From Selaginella moellendorffii (lineage: Eukaryota; Plantae; Lycopodiophyta): a stretch of 64,000 bases of DNA. Of the stretch, positions 13,394 through 27,408 are shown piece by piece; position 1 is the stretch's first letter; each line of letters opens with the position of its first letter. The notes below the pieces were generated by a model, which was given only the letters and a program-made list of their open reading frames with translations, was not told the origin of the DNA and searched no databases. A program made the translations under genes and the position numbers. The DNA is taken from positions 205,421-269,420 of the forward strand of contig NW_003314329.1 of assembly GCF_000143415.4 (NCBI RefSeq), given 5' to 3'.

Positions 13394-13815
13394 TTGGAGA
13401 AGGGAGAAAAGGACAAGCTCGAGGATTCAAGTTTAGGAAAGTAAACTTGAGAGGTTCAAGGTTAGGACTGTATTCCTAACCTTGACGAGAGCATTAGCGA
13501 CTATAAAAGTAGGACTTAGAATGTTTTTAGACTTATCCCTAATACAAAATACATTGCAATACAACGTCTTTCTGCCTATCTCTTCAGCTCTTCACAGCAA
13601 TGTCTTACTTACCCACCGCCTTCAAGGGATCAAAGGCGTGGGACTAGCACTTTCAAGCACTTGTTCACAGTCTCAACTTGGCTTGGCACAAGCAGGTAAG
13701 TGCATTCTTCTTGTAGTGTAGTTTTAGTTTTAGGGACTAGATTAGATTTGAAACTCCTAGGAAAATCTCGTGTGGACATTTTCCTCCCAGTTTAGAGATT
13801 CCAGGAGTTTTTCAC

Positions 13816-13832
13816 TGGCGACCACAGTGGGA
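13816..13832 (+). promoter_or_regulatory. Primer binding site, tRNA-Arg type
   Basis: TGGCGACCACAGTGGGA 1 nt after TTTTCA. Complementary to the 3' end of plant tRNA-Arg(UCG) as I recall it. Confidence 0.8.
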
Positions 13833-15397
13833 TACGGCGACGTGAAGAGCTCATGGAATAGAGCAGACCAAGACACTCATTTCCCCCAAAACTTCAAGGA
13901 AAACGGACCAAAGACGCACAAGAAAACGGCATAGGAAGAAAAAGCCCCAAAAATCAAGAAAAACAAGACCGTAAAATAAAAACGGTGGAAGATCATGAAG
14001 GCATGAATAAAAAAATGGAGCGTAAGACCAAAAGATGAAGAACACTTGAAGATTGAAGCCACCCAAGTCGTGGAAAACTTGGAGCGTACGCGTAACTGCT
14101 TTGGCGAGAGGTTGAAGAAAGCGAATATTCCAAGAATCTGCGATAAGGAAACGACCAAGGGAAAATTCTAGCGGCTAGAGATGGAGGAAGAATGAAAAAA
14201 ACATGATTGCCCATTTGGTGACACACGCTGTACAAGATACAAAGACTGCCTTTTGTGTGGTTTCAGAAATTGTGCAAAACCGTACAAGCAATGCTATCCA
14301 AAATGGCGATGTGACACTTGCAAGCAAGCAAAAGCTAGACTCCGAAGCAGGGATGAAAATGCCACAGCTGAGGAGAGTAGGAAACGAGAAGAAATAACCC
14401 AAGAAAACGACACCAAAAAGAGAGACGATAGTTTAGAACAAGCAGCGAAACAAAGCTTTAATTGCTTACAAAAACTTCAAGAAATGATTCTGCAACTCTT
14501 CTACAAATTGTCTAACAAATATGAAGAATGCAAAAATGAGGAAATGTTGAAAGAAAAATATGTTTACTTCAATTTCTTTGCAACTTGAAGAACTCTGTGA
14601 AGTGATCGACTCTGATCGTGAAAGAGAACACGCTATACGACAAAGGGAAGTAGAACACCACCGGCAAGAATAGCATCAGGGAAATGCATTATCACAAAAT
14701 CGACCATAGAGAAAAGTGCACTTGATTAATCCGCGCACACATAGGCTTAAAGCAACAAGAATCTGTTGGAAACTATACTGTGACATGTGGACGTCATTAG
14801 AGACTAGAAACATACGAGAATTAGGACATTAAAAATACAACCACTGCTGTATTCAGCATTTTCAAGTATTACCAACGACTGGGAAACATAAAAGCTCATA
14901 GTGAGAGCTCGCATACCAAAACAACCAACACATCGTAAGAGATTAAAACAATTGTTCAAGATTGGACTACTAGAAAGAATTGCAATCATTTGCATATTTG
15001 CTTGATCCCGAAGATGGCAAGCAGTTTCCAAATATCACTAGCGAACAGCTACATCGATCAATTTATGACACAACTGACCTCCTTCCACAAACAAAATCGT
15101 ACTTATTTACACCACTAGCTTTTTCAAATACAAGACCTTTTCTGAGCTAGACACAGGAAAGTGACCTCGAGAAGAAACTCGGGAAGAATCGAGAAAGAAA
15201 AACTCGATTGAAGACTCAAGACACAAGAGCTTGACTTCGCATTTATACTACAAAATCAAAACTTGCAACAGACTCAAGACGTAAAAGCTTAACTTTGCAA
15301 TCTATGAAGAACAACATTTGACTCAAGACAACTTAGGCAACATATAAATTCAGGAAACTTACCTCAACATTCAAGTTGAGAAGACTCAGCAAATTGA

Positions 15398-18300
15398 ATG
15401 TACAAACACAAACCAGACCCAATCAAGATCCGGGAAAGAGATCTTCGACAAAAGAATCGAGAAGTGAAAAAGGAAGGGATAGAAAAAGAGAAATTAGAAC
15501 AACAACAACAACAAATTTTAGAAACGATATTAGAGAAGTACGACAAGGAGGATAAAGAAATTCAAGTTGCCGAGTCGAGCAACCCAGTCAAAGATAACAA
15601 AGAACTAAATATCGAAGACGCCCCAGAGTTTGAGGCATTTGAAGAAGCAGAATATATAGCACCAAAGTTTTACTCAAATCCAGACTCACCAGAACAACAA
15701 TTTCACCAACAAAGACTACAACTTCAAATGGCAATCATCAATCCAGCGACAGCCATAGGGAACATGATTTCCTATCCCATTTTTACTGGTGGAAAAACCG
15801 AAGATGCAAACCAACATCTTAAACAATTTGATCAAATTGTAAAGATGAACAAACAGGAAATGCATCGGGAAATACTTTTCCCATATACACTTAAGGGAAA
15901 AGCACTCGATTGGCATAATACAGTCGATGATGCTTTGACCCATGATGAAAAGGTCACACAATTCAAGGAGCAATTCCAGACTGGTGGAACTCCAGAAGAA
16001 CACTATGAGATCATCAAAAACTTCAAGCAAAAATCATGTGAAGGAATTCAAGATTACACTCGAAGATTTAAGTTTCATGCAAAGTGTTGCAAGGATTTGA
16101 TAACAGATAAAGGAAAGAGCTTATCCTATATCCAAGGACTAAAAGAAATCTATAGAAACATGGTAGCAATTGCTGCTGCAATAGAGAATCCAGATGATGA
16201 AAGTGTTGATACACTCTCCAAAGAAATCCTCACATTGGAAAAGAGATTCAAGCAATTCACAAAAGCTATACCTTCACAAACCGATGACGGTTCAGATGAT
16301 GAAGAAGAGGAAGAAATACGCATTAAGACAAAGAAGAAAACACCAAAAGACCAAGACTTGAAGGATATAATCAGGAAAATCTCACAAACCGAACTCAAAG
16401 CAGGAGTGTGGTGTACAAAGTGTAAAAACGAGGGACATACATATTCGGAATGCAAATTACAGCTTTCAAAGTGTCAAATTTGTGAAAGAGAAGGCCATAC
16501 AGCCAAGAAATGCCGATACAGGAATACAATGGAAGTTTCAAGAATCGAGAATGCTCCTCGACAAGAGCCCAATCCTCAATATCAAGGAAACTGGAATCAA
16601 AACGCGTGACCACCACGAAATCAACCTCCAAGATATAACAATTATTATCAACGTGATGATAATTTGTATAGTCAAAGACAAAACTATTACCAGCGAGGCA
16701 ATAACAACTACAATAGAATACCCCCTCAAGATCAAAGACCAAACAACTATACTGGAAATTATGGAAGAAACTACAATACATATCAGCAACGTGATGGACC
16801 TCAGGACAACTATCAACGTCCTCCCCCACGAAATTACAATTATGATCAAGAACCATATCGGAATTATAATCAAAGACCACCCCAGGCTCAAGGTTACAAT
16901 TACAACCAGCAACCTGCACTGCAGCAAGATAATCATCCTCAACAACCTTACCAAAATGCAAATCGCGAAAATAACCAAGGAGTAAACAATCAGGCTCTGA
17001 GGCCAAGACCACCAGCAGCACGGAATGTTGAGGTGGAAATTGACGAACAACAAACTTTTGAAGAACCAACAATACGAACTATCATGAGACAACAATACAA
17101 GTATCAGCAACCAAATAATCTGGAAGAACAAGATTACAATGATGAAGTTGAAATTATCCCAAAAACCGAATGGAAGAAAAGCAAGAAAATACTACAAGCA
17201 ATTCAGGCTGAATTGCAGGAACAAGAACCACAGGTCATTGAAGACCATGACAAACCATCCAACGATCATCAAACAACAAGTTTCTCTGAAGAAGAGCACA
17301 CCTCACTTGCAGAACAAATACTGCAACACGGAATCACATTAACCTTACAACAAATACTTCAAATAGCACCACATCTTAAGAGCCAAATACTAAAGATTTG
17401 TTGTCCACAAATTCCTGATGCTCGCACTCAAGAAAAGCAATTTCCATCTAAAACTGAGAAAGAGGATAACGTAAAAATCCAACCTGGAGATTACGATGAT
17501 AATATACCTTGTATTGACCTCAACATAGGCAAGAATCAAATCAATGGAGCAATACTCGATGGAGGCTCAGGCGTGAATATCATCGAGCATGGTATATGTA
17601 AAGCAATGGGACTTGGACCTATACAACCTACTCCCTTCAATGTCCACATGGCAGACCAACATGTTGTAAGACCAGCTGGCATAATAAGAGATATCACCAT
17701 TGGAATCAAAGGACACAAGTTCAAGATCAACTTCGTGGTATTAAAAATGCCAATTGAAGAATCCTCTTACGAACTCTTGCTTGGAAGACCATGGCTAAAC
17801 AAAGCAGTTTATGCTCAATATTGGATGGACCATGAAATTTGTATACAATCAAACAAAGGACAAACAAAAATAACTACAACTACGACCAGGAAAATTCCGA
17901 AAAGATTTCAACCAATTCAAGCCCAATAATACAATTGGCAAGAAGGCTTGGACGACCTTGAAGAAGCCAAACTCCTTGAAGCTTACCTAGAGCTACGAGC
18001 TTTTCAAGAAATCGATTTACATCATGTACTACCAGTAGTGGCTCAAGACAAGCACCACGACTTAAACTCGATGGACCAACCACTCTACTCTACAAAGCTA
18101 CACGCTCAAAATCAACAAAGATTAAAGATAAAACAACAAAACGAGAAGCCAACTCTCAAGCCTGAACAATTACAATCTAAAGAATACAACATTCGGATTG
18201 ATGATAATCCAGCCCTACAATTTGGAAATGACAACTTTACACCCCGAATTAACCTCAATGAAGAAACTGAAGAACTCAATCTTGGACTTCAAGAAGATCC

Positions 18301-21236
18301 ACACAACATACTCATCGCTACAAATCTTGACAAAAACTTCAAGATAAAAGCTCAACAATTACTCATAACCTACAAGGACGTTTTCGCATGGTCATACAAA
18401 GATCTCAAGGGAATACCCCCGGAACTATGTACACATCGCATAGAGTTACTACCAGGAACACGACCAATTAAGCAAACAGCTTATTGCATGAATCCAAACT
18501 TTGCTGATAAAGTCAAAACAGAACTCAACAAACTACAAAATGCTGGGTTCATTTACCCCATCAAGAATGCACAATGGTTGTCACCATTGGTTATCGTTCC
18601 GAAAAAGAACGGCAAATTGCACATTTGTGTCAATTACAAAAAGTTGAACGATGTGACGGAAAAAGACTCTTTTCCTATACCATTCTCAGACGAGATACTT
18701 GACGCAGTTGCAGGACATGAGATGTACTCGTTCCTGGATGGATTTTCAAGATATAATCAAGTTCATATAGCGCCAGAAGATCAATACAAGACTGCCTTCA
18801 TAAGTCTATGGGGTGCATATGCATACTCCAGAATGCCATTCGGATTAACGAATGCACCATTTACTTTTCAAAGGATAATTACCGACACATTTCAAGAATA
18901 CTTGACTGATTTTATGTGCGTCTTCATGGATGACTTCAGCGTTTTTGGAGCAAAAGAAAAACACCTTGAACACTTAGAAAAGTGTTTCATTAAATGTCGA
19001 CAAAACCGAGTTGCACTTAATCCAGAAAAGTGTATTTTCTTTGTCAAATCAGAAATACTCCTTGGCCATGTCGTTTGTAAAGACGGAATTCTCATTGACA
19101 AAGCAAAAACAGAGGTCATCGTCAAAATGACTCCACCCATGGATTTAATGAGTTTGAGAAGATTTCTTGGAAAAATGGGTTACCATAGACGTTTTATTCA
19201 AGACTATGCAACGATTGCTAAACCACTCACTGAGCTACTTAAGAAATCTCAAGTTTATGCATGGACACAAGATTGCCAACTGGCCTTTGACACACTTAAG
19301 GATAAGCTTACAAAAGCCCCCATACTGGTTCAACCAGACTGGACACAGGAATTCATTGTACAAGTAGATGCATTTGATTATGCACTTGGAGCTATACTTT
19401 GCCAGCGAAAAACAGATAATAGAGACCATCCCATATACTACACAAGCCGCAGACTCTCCCCACCAGAGATGAACTATACAACCACGGAAAAAGAGGCATT
19501 AGGAATGGTCTATGCACTCACCAAATTTCGACATTACCTCCTTTCAAAAAAAGTCAAGATCATGGTTGATCACCAAGCACTCTTACACTTACTCAACAAG
19601 ACAATACTCACTAGAAGAATTGCACGATGGTTTCTTCTACTTCAAGAATTCAACTTTGAGATTATTCACAAGCCAGGCAAACAACATACGCAAGCTGATC
19701 ATCTTAGTCGACTTGTCACGGGAGGACAAGTCACGAAATCCAACGATGACTTACCTGATTCACACCTTTTTAAGGTCACAACTCAAGGAATGCTCCAGGA
19801 TATTTACAAATTCTTGACGACAACCAAGATCCCCAATCACTACTTCACAAAGAATCAAAGGAAACAATTCGTCTTGAGGACACGACGATATTCAGTCGTG
19901 GGAGGCAAACTATATAAGCTTGGACATGACAACATCTTGAGAAGATGCATAGAATCACAAGAAGAGATTAAGGATCTACTCGATGAAGCTCATGCAGGAT
20001 GATCGGGAGGTCATTTTGCCGAAGAAATTACGGCCAGGAAAGTGTTACAAGCTAGATTATGGTGGCTGACACTCTGGAAAGACGCCACTCAGCATTGTCA
20101 AGAATGTGACATATGTCAAAGAACAAAGTTTCCACCGAGGAAACAAACTCAACAACAGCATTGGAACCTTCCAGCATTGGGGACTTGATTTTGTTGGACC
20201 TATAGCAAAAAGTAGCAAAGGCAATCAATACATTTTGGTTGCTACCGACTACATGACAAAATGGGCAGAAGCTCTCCCACTAAAGAAAGCCATAGCGAAA
20301 AATACAGCCAAGTTTCTCTACGAAACAGTTATAACACGATATGGATTACCACGGGAAATTGTTACAGATCGAGGAACACATTTTCTGAATGAGACCATCG
20401 ACATTCTCGTTAAAGAATTTATCATCAACCATAAGAAGTCAACACCATATTACCCCTAGGGTAATGGACAAGCAGAATCAACAAACAAAATGCTTAAAAA
20501 CATACTCAAGAAAATAGTCAAGACAAACCTTAAGGATTGGGATGAAAGAATTTATGATGCTCTTTGGGCATACAGAACAGCCAACAAAGTTTCAACAAAT
20601 TCTACACCTTTCAAGCTTGTTTATGGCCTTGAAGCATTAACACCACTAGAGTACACAATACCATCCTTGAGAATGGCCATTGAACTTGAAATTAATCAAG
20701 AAGAATCGATCAAGAAAAGACTCGCGATGCTTGAGAAACTCGATGAAGAAAGACTAAGTGCAATATGGACAATTGAAGCAATACAAGCTAGAAGAAAAGC
20801 TTATCACGATCGCAAACAGGTCAAGAAAAACAAAGCACATTACAAAGTAGGAGATCTTGTATTATGGTATTGTGGCAATGTGGATAAACTTGGAGGAAAA
20901 CTCGTTCATCAATGGGAAGGACCATTCAAGATTTCGAGTATACAAATCCCAGGAACAGCAAAACTTGCAACTTTAGATGATCAAAAACTGCAAGTAGTTA
21001 ACTTGAACAAATTGAAGATTTACAAGCAACCACAAGTGCTTCACACTATGGTGGAATACCAGAAATTTCAAAAGAAAGCGTTTAGAGAAATCAACGAAAA
21101 CACATTTGAATGCATGCAAACACTTAAAAAAAAAATTGCCTCAACAAGAATGGGACCTAACCCTAATCTTGGCGGTTGTGAGAGGAAAAGAGTTCCGGGA
21201 TCAGGAAAAAGGGAGCCCACTAGGGGCAAACAGTGA
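15398..21236 (+). pseudogene. Gypsy gag-pol polyprotein, disrupted
   Basis: Two CCHC knuckles (CTKCKNEGHTYSEC, CQICEREGHTAKKC), protease ILDGGSG, RT FMDDF, RNase H VQVDAFDYALGAIL, integrase HHCC zinc finger and WGLDFVGP/TDRGTHF core. In-frame stops at 16607, 17927, 20000 and 20457, and a frameshift near 20130-20160. Confidence 0.93.
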
Positions 21237-21274
21237 TCAAGACTGTAGCAATTCTTGGTCTGGTGAAAGCGCAG

Positions 21275-22390
21275 TGTAAGCGACTAATTTTTCCATTCTA
21301 CTTTAGTCACTTAACCACACCTCCGACCACTTGGAGGAGTCTCATTCACAACCTCCATAAGTCCCATTCAGGACTTGGGGCTTGCTAGCCCCGAGAATGG
21401 CATCCATGCCACTCAACCTTTGCACTTGGTCCAAGTGCTCCACGTGTCCGATCCCATGACCGACACCCAAAGGTACCACTGACATCTCGGCCCATTACGC
21501 TAAGGCCATGCCCATTCACCTTTGCTGCGCAAATGGTCCAATACCACTTGCATCACCATCCTGTCTCTCCAAGACTGGGCCATCTGTCTACGAGGGGTCA
21601 TCCTAGATCCACTCCTTAGCATCCTTAGGATGCCCACAGACCTGGGGAATTGCCTTCCCCAAAGTCCCTTTGTCAGTTCCTACCAAGTCCCTTTCTGCCC
21701 CTGGCCATGTTTGCCAACACTGCCACTGGATCGAGGCCCACAGGCCCGACCACTAAGTCCCACGGTCCTCTGAGACTTCCTCACCACACGACTGTGTCCT
21801 TGGTCACTACCCCAGAGGACTGCTCCTCTTCCTTTCCACAGTCTGGGCCTTTGGGACGACATTTCGGAACACCGTGGCCTTACGCGAGCCACCTGGGTAC
21901 TCTCCCCACCTATCGCCTTTAGGTGCTCTAGCCATGGGCTTAGAGCGAGGTTCCGTTGAGCCACGCCTGGTATCCAAGTAGGTAGTGCCACCCACACTTG
22001 GACTGGGAGCATCGGCCAGTCGATCTCCCGGGGGAACTAGAGCCGGCTCTTGAACACTTCACCAAGCTACCCCGCTTGTCGGTCCGTATTCACTCTAGTC
22101 TTGGACTTCCCAGTGGTCAGTTCATCACCCAACACTGGGTCTGGCCTTCCTGGGCCAAACTGGCCTTTCCTGGCCAAACTGGCTCCACTGCAGTCCTCCC
22201 CCTTACTATACTTTTGGAGCTCACCAAACCCCCCAGGGTCTGGGAGACGAACGCTTTGGGCTTTCACCCTCTCAGGCTCCGGACTCGGACTCGGACTCGG
22301 ACTCGGACTCGGGCTCGGACTCGGACTCGGATTCGGACTCGGGCTCGGGCTCGGTCTCGGCCTCGGCCTCGGTCTCGGTCTCGGTCCCGA

Positions 22391-22431
<41 letters not shown>

Positions 22432-23114
22432 ACTTCGGACTCCATCTCGGACTCCATCTCGGACTCCATCTCGGACTCCATCTCGGACTCCATCTCGGGT
22501 CCATCTCGGACTCCATCTCGGACTCCATTTCGGGTCCATCTCGGGTCCACCTCGGACTCCATCTCGGACTCCATCTCGGACTCCATCTCGGGTCCATCTC
22601 GGACTCCACCTCGGACTCCAACTCGGGTCCATCTCGGGTCCACCTCGGACTCCACTTCGGACTCCAACTCGGGTCCATCTCGGACTCCACTTCGGACTCC
22701 AACTTGGGTCCATCTCGAGTCCACCTCGGACTCCACTTCGGACTCCATCTCGGGTCCATCTCGGGTCCACCTCGGACTCCACTTCGGACTCCAACTCGGG
22801 TCCATCTCGGACTCCACTTCGGACTCCAACTCGAGTCCATCTCGGACTCCACTTCGGACTCCAACTCGGGTCCATCTCGGACACTCCCACGTGTCATGTG
22901 TTGGTCCTTTTGGGTCCCTTTTTGGAGCCTCGCTTTTTGCTTGCTTCGTGCTCGTTCCTCGAGCCCTTCTTTGGGAGTTCCACTCCTGCTCTTGACTTTT
23001 CAAGTCGGAGCTTTTGGTCCAAACGTGTTACGCTCGTTTGGCTCTCGCTTCAGCCACTACCACGTGGCACCCTTTCCGGCTCTACTTTGGGGCCTAGGGA
23101 TTTTGTGTCTCACA
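21275..23114 (-). mobile_element. Family A 3' LTR of a minus-strand element
   Basis: TGTAAG...CTCACA followed by ACTCCACCACCC, the reverse complement of the PPT GGGTGGTGGAGT. Confidence 0.92.
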
Positions 23115-26100
23115 ACTCCACCACCCATAGACGAAGTTCGATGTCCTCATCGAACGGTAAACCCTTTTGTAAAGTAACACTCGCATGTGTTACCCTTTCC
23201 ATCCTTGGCACCTAGCCAATATTTGTCAATGGTTTGACATTGAAGGCTCACCATGCCTTTTGCATATGCCTCAATGGTTTGACACCCAAGGCTCACCATG
23301 CCTTGCCCATCCTCTAAGGAGGATAGTCTCTCCAGCTTAGAGACTCACTTGACCACCTGGGGTGGTTTGCTCCTGTTTATTGGTTCAGTTCTTGCTAAAC
23401 CCATTAGAGACACCCTCTCTAACTCAATTCCACTACTCATTCTTGAGTAGTCACAGATTCCATTGATCTACCTTTGCACTTTGGAACGTTTACTCTTGAC
23501 TTTTTGGAGTCAATTTCCTAGGTGTCTCTGACACCTTGCCTTGCACATCTTGTGCAACTCCACTTCCCCTCCTAGGAAGTTCTCTACTCGAGGGCACCCT
23601 CATCCTCTTTTCTATTTTTGTGCCACTATTGGCATTACGTTCCATTTATCATTATTTGTGCTAGGGCTGTCCACGGCCCTACCTTTTGGCTACTTAGTTG
23701 CTCCCTCACTTGGAGCTTTTCCTTTGCCAAATTGGAGCACTTGGGAATCCATCCTTGGAAGTCCACAATCCGTTAGCATCAACCACCTTAGTGTCCCTTG
23801 GCTAACTTTGCCACTTGGATTCTTTCCAATGGATTCCATGGCCCTATCTTGGGCACTCGTCTTTTGCTCCTATCCTTGATTGTTGCACCTAACAACATCG
23901 GATCATTACTTCCATTTTCGAGGTATCCTCTTGATTCCATAGCAAAGACTTTACTTTGCCAAGTCCAAAGGGTGCTCACCCCTAGTACGTCTCTTTAGCA
24001 TTTCCTGCTGTGGGCTCTATCCACGGCCCAACTTTTGAGACCCTCCCTTGGATCTTTTATAGAGACTACTTTCCTCGGACTTACTATGCCATAGCCGTGA
24101 CATAGCTCATTTCCCATAGGTGCTCTTCCCACTTGGTCACCTTGACCAAGCCACACCATTATCGGTAGTTCAAATCAACACTCTGAACTAGCAATCATCT
24201 CCCTTAACCCAAACAAAGACCTTGTCCTTGTTTAGTCACAAGATCACCTAGTGATCTTATCTTGACCCCTTAATAGGTCTACCAATAGGGACTAGGTCTT
24301 CCAGACCCTTCTAAGTTGTTGACTATGACCCCGGGGGCATCCCCCACACTTGGCGGTGCGCCCAAGCCAGCCCTTCCGGCCAAGGATCCATAGCAACTGA
24401 GACTGGGTGTCCCCATCTCATTCACCACGTCCTTGGTGCCTTTTGCACCAAAGTGTTCAAGTTAGATATGCCGAGCTTTCACTCTAAGCAATCTAACCGT
24501 GCATCACGACTCCGAGGCATCCCTCGCTTGGCGGTGTGCCCAAACCAGTCTCCCCACTGAGAGTCCATGACCACCGAAATATGAGTGTCCTCATATTCCA
24601 AACCATCACCACGCCCTAGTGATTTGGGACTCGAACCCAAGCACTAGAGGGTCGGGACTCGAACCCAACCTCCGTATATGCATCTACGGACGGCATCACA
24701 CAGGATGCCTGGCGTGACTCCCCACGCCGGTGCACCAACTTATTTTTAAAGCGCGCTAAAGATCACAGCTTAGGAACCTAGTTCCTCCACACTGTCAAGT
24801 CCTCTCACTTGACATGTCTATGATCATGCATGGACTCCTCCATGCTTGGCCCCATGGCCCACCCTTTTTGAAGTTATCACCTTCAACTAGGGTATTTGTT
24901 CCCCCGACGTGCCAATCTCGCTTGGCAAGTCCTCCGACCACTGTAACATGGTTCCTGCATAAGCGTGAAAGTCCTTGACCATCGACTTTCGTTCAAAGCC
25001 CTCTCTTTGAACACTCGGGAACTACTTCCCTAACTTTGATAGCCTTGCCTCATGGCAAGCTTCAAGACCACGCTTCTGCTGCGCCACTCTGATTTCGCGC
25101 GTTCCATGAACCATTTACACTTGGCCTTTCTAGGTACTAAGCTACCTAGAATCGTCTTTGGGAACCTTGAAGGAACTCTGTCCCTCAGCTTGCTAAGGCC
25201 TCCCTTTTTGCAAGCCTTCAAAATGCCACATAGTCTAACATGGACAATTCCATATTTTAGACTCTCCATGGCATCACGGTTGCTAGCGGCAACACCCTCG
25301 AGCCCCCACTTGATTCTCCACTCCCAGCTAGCATAACCAACCTTGGTCATGCCCTTTGATTCCTATGGTTCGGTTCTATCCCCTTACTTCTTGCTTTTTG
25401 GCTTCACACCTTTCCTTTGGTCATTCTCCTCCAGACCAGGAGGATAGCTTTGCACTTTCTATCACGCTTTAGCAAGTATTCTTAAGGATGAACCTACCCA
25501 ATAGCCTAGGGAGTGGTTCCTCAATCCGGGTATGCTCACCTTATAATCCCACACACTGGGATTACATTGTTGCTTATGGGCCTTTACATGCCTATCACTA
25601 GCCTTGCCAAAATTCCATTTTTGGCTTTGTCCAACTCGGATAGACAGTCCTCTCCTGTCTCCGCAACCTTGGACATTTGGATAGCACCTTCTATCCATCA
25701 TTCGCTAGGGACTTAGTCCCTTGGGCTTTATCCATTGCCCTCGCGATATCAAACACCACCTTCTGGTGTTCTTAGAGTGTTCAGGTGTCCCAATGATGGC
25801 TTTCTTGACAATGAGTATTTCCTTTTATGACATTGACTTACTATATCGCAACACAAGCAACTTATCCCCCGTAAGGGTATATCCAACTTCCTTATGCTAT
25901 TAAGAAGTCTTGGGTAGCTACCTTCTACCCGTTTAACCAGTTATTTTGCACCTCTTGCTTAATTGCCTCATAGTTGTTAAGTCCTACAACTCATTGTTTG
26001 GTGCTTTCACACCTCCATCATTATCTGGGTCACCACACTCCAACTGCATGCTCTGCAGCTTAGGCTATGCCATTCCCATTTCCATTGGGATTCCTTTGGC

Positions 26101-27214
26101 AAGGGGTTCTCATGAACCCACCAACATAGCCTCAAGGTATCACACCTTGGCACATTTGGTGTCTCCACACCATCGGCTCCACGAGCCTACCTCTATGACA
26201 TTTCCCCTTCGTGTTTAAGTCTTTGCCAAGACCAACACCGCTCTTTCTCATGCCAACCATCCGTTAGCACTGCCCCATAGAGGTCACACACAACTTTATG
26301 CCAAAGTTGTTTTCTCCTGGGAACACCTTTCCTATAACTTTAGCATGGCACATTTTGCCATCGATGAGATACCCTCTATTCTCATCCTTGGATCTTATGA
26401 TCCCCCCCCATCCTTTGTGGGGTACAACACACCTCAGTCCAAATGCTTCCATCAGTCCTTTTAGGACCATCCGTTGACTCTACTTGAGTCATCCAGCAGT
26501 TTTGGACTTCGTTAATCCGCAGACCCGTAAGGTCCTATTTGTGAGGCACTAGCTCACTGGAATACACTTCTTGCATTCCTGTCCTACTCAAAAGGACTAT
26601 TTTCACAAGTGTTGCTCCGACACTTGATTTTGTTCTCTGGGGGCAACTTTTGCCCCTTAGGACTACTTGTCCATGCGATGAGAATACCACTCATCTCTAA
26701 GTACACCCCCCAACTCCTTGGGTTGTTCCAGCATTTATTAAAGGTAGCCCCGGCTACCATTTCAAGGACTTGAGTCCTCTTCCGTATTTGACCTTCCACG
26801 GTCATTACCTTTGGTCTCACATTCATGAGCACCAACCTCAACTATATGAGGATAATCTTGTGACTCCTTTATTGTTTTGGAGTCTCTATCTTTCCCGTGA
26901 TCCCAACTTTAGTTGTTTACCACAACAACCTTAGCCAATTTGCTGAGACAAATGCTCATCCGGATCACATCCTCAACTCAATGAGGAAAACCTTGCACTG
27001 TTCCCAAGATCCCAAAGTCGTTCCATTATTGGCCCTTTTCTATCCACCACCTCGTCTACAAGTTCACACATGAACTGTAATGGAGAGCCATGTCTTCCCA
27101 ACTTGCTACTCCTCAAGGATAGGCCCACTCCTCGGACCTTCCGATGCCAACACTAGTGGTGATATACTTGAGCACTAATAAAAGTCGGACTAAAGAACAG
27201 CTCCGATACCAAAT
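23115..27214 (-). mobile_element. Family A internal region, about 4.1 kb, non-coding (LARD-like)
   Basis: Bounded by the PPT at 23115 and the PBS TGGTATCGGAGC on the minus strand at 27200-27211. Homologous segments at 27409-28929, 31196-32889, 48827-49770 and 51449-53800. Confidence 0.85.
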
Positions 27215-27408
27215 TGTAAACGCCTGAGTTTGGACTTCCCGGGAGGTCACCCAGCCCAGTACTATTCAAACCCAAGGACGCTTAACTCCAACTATCCCAA
27301 GACCTTTAACCGATTGGAAAAGGGGGTGCACTCTTGTTCATGGGCCCTTTCCCTCTATATTTGAACCCCATGGATCGTCTCTCAAGTCGTTCTCTTTGGT
27401 TGCTTACA
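27215..27408 (-). mobile_element. Short 194-bp LTR containing a 5S rRNA internal control region (Cassandra-type LTR)
   Basis: Minus strand TGTAAGC...GTTTACA, followed by ATT and the PBS. 27232-27287 reads AGTTAAGCGTCCTTGGGTTTGAATAGTACTGGGCTGGGTGACCTCCCGGGAAGTCC, about 48 of 56 matches to the plant 5S box A-IE-box C as I recall it. Confidence 0.88.

Larger units (their letters stand above)
13392..21274 (+). mobile_element. Ty3/gypsy retrotransposon, non-chromoviral (Athila/Tat-related type), 3' end missing; putative 5' LTR about 13392-13814
   Basis: Order is gag, protease, RT, RNase H, integrase. PBS at 13816. No chromodomain seen. No second LTR copy was found in the window, and the LTR start is approximate. 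Confidence 0.88.

Noticed and set aside
27232-27287. Stand-alone 5S rRNA gene
   Set aside because: Only the internal control region matches. The 5' part and 3' end of 5S are absent, and the segment lies inside an LTR.
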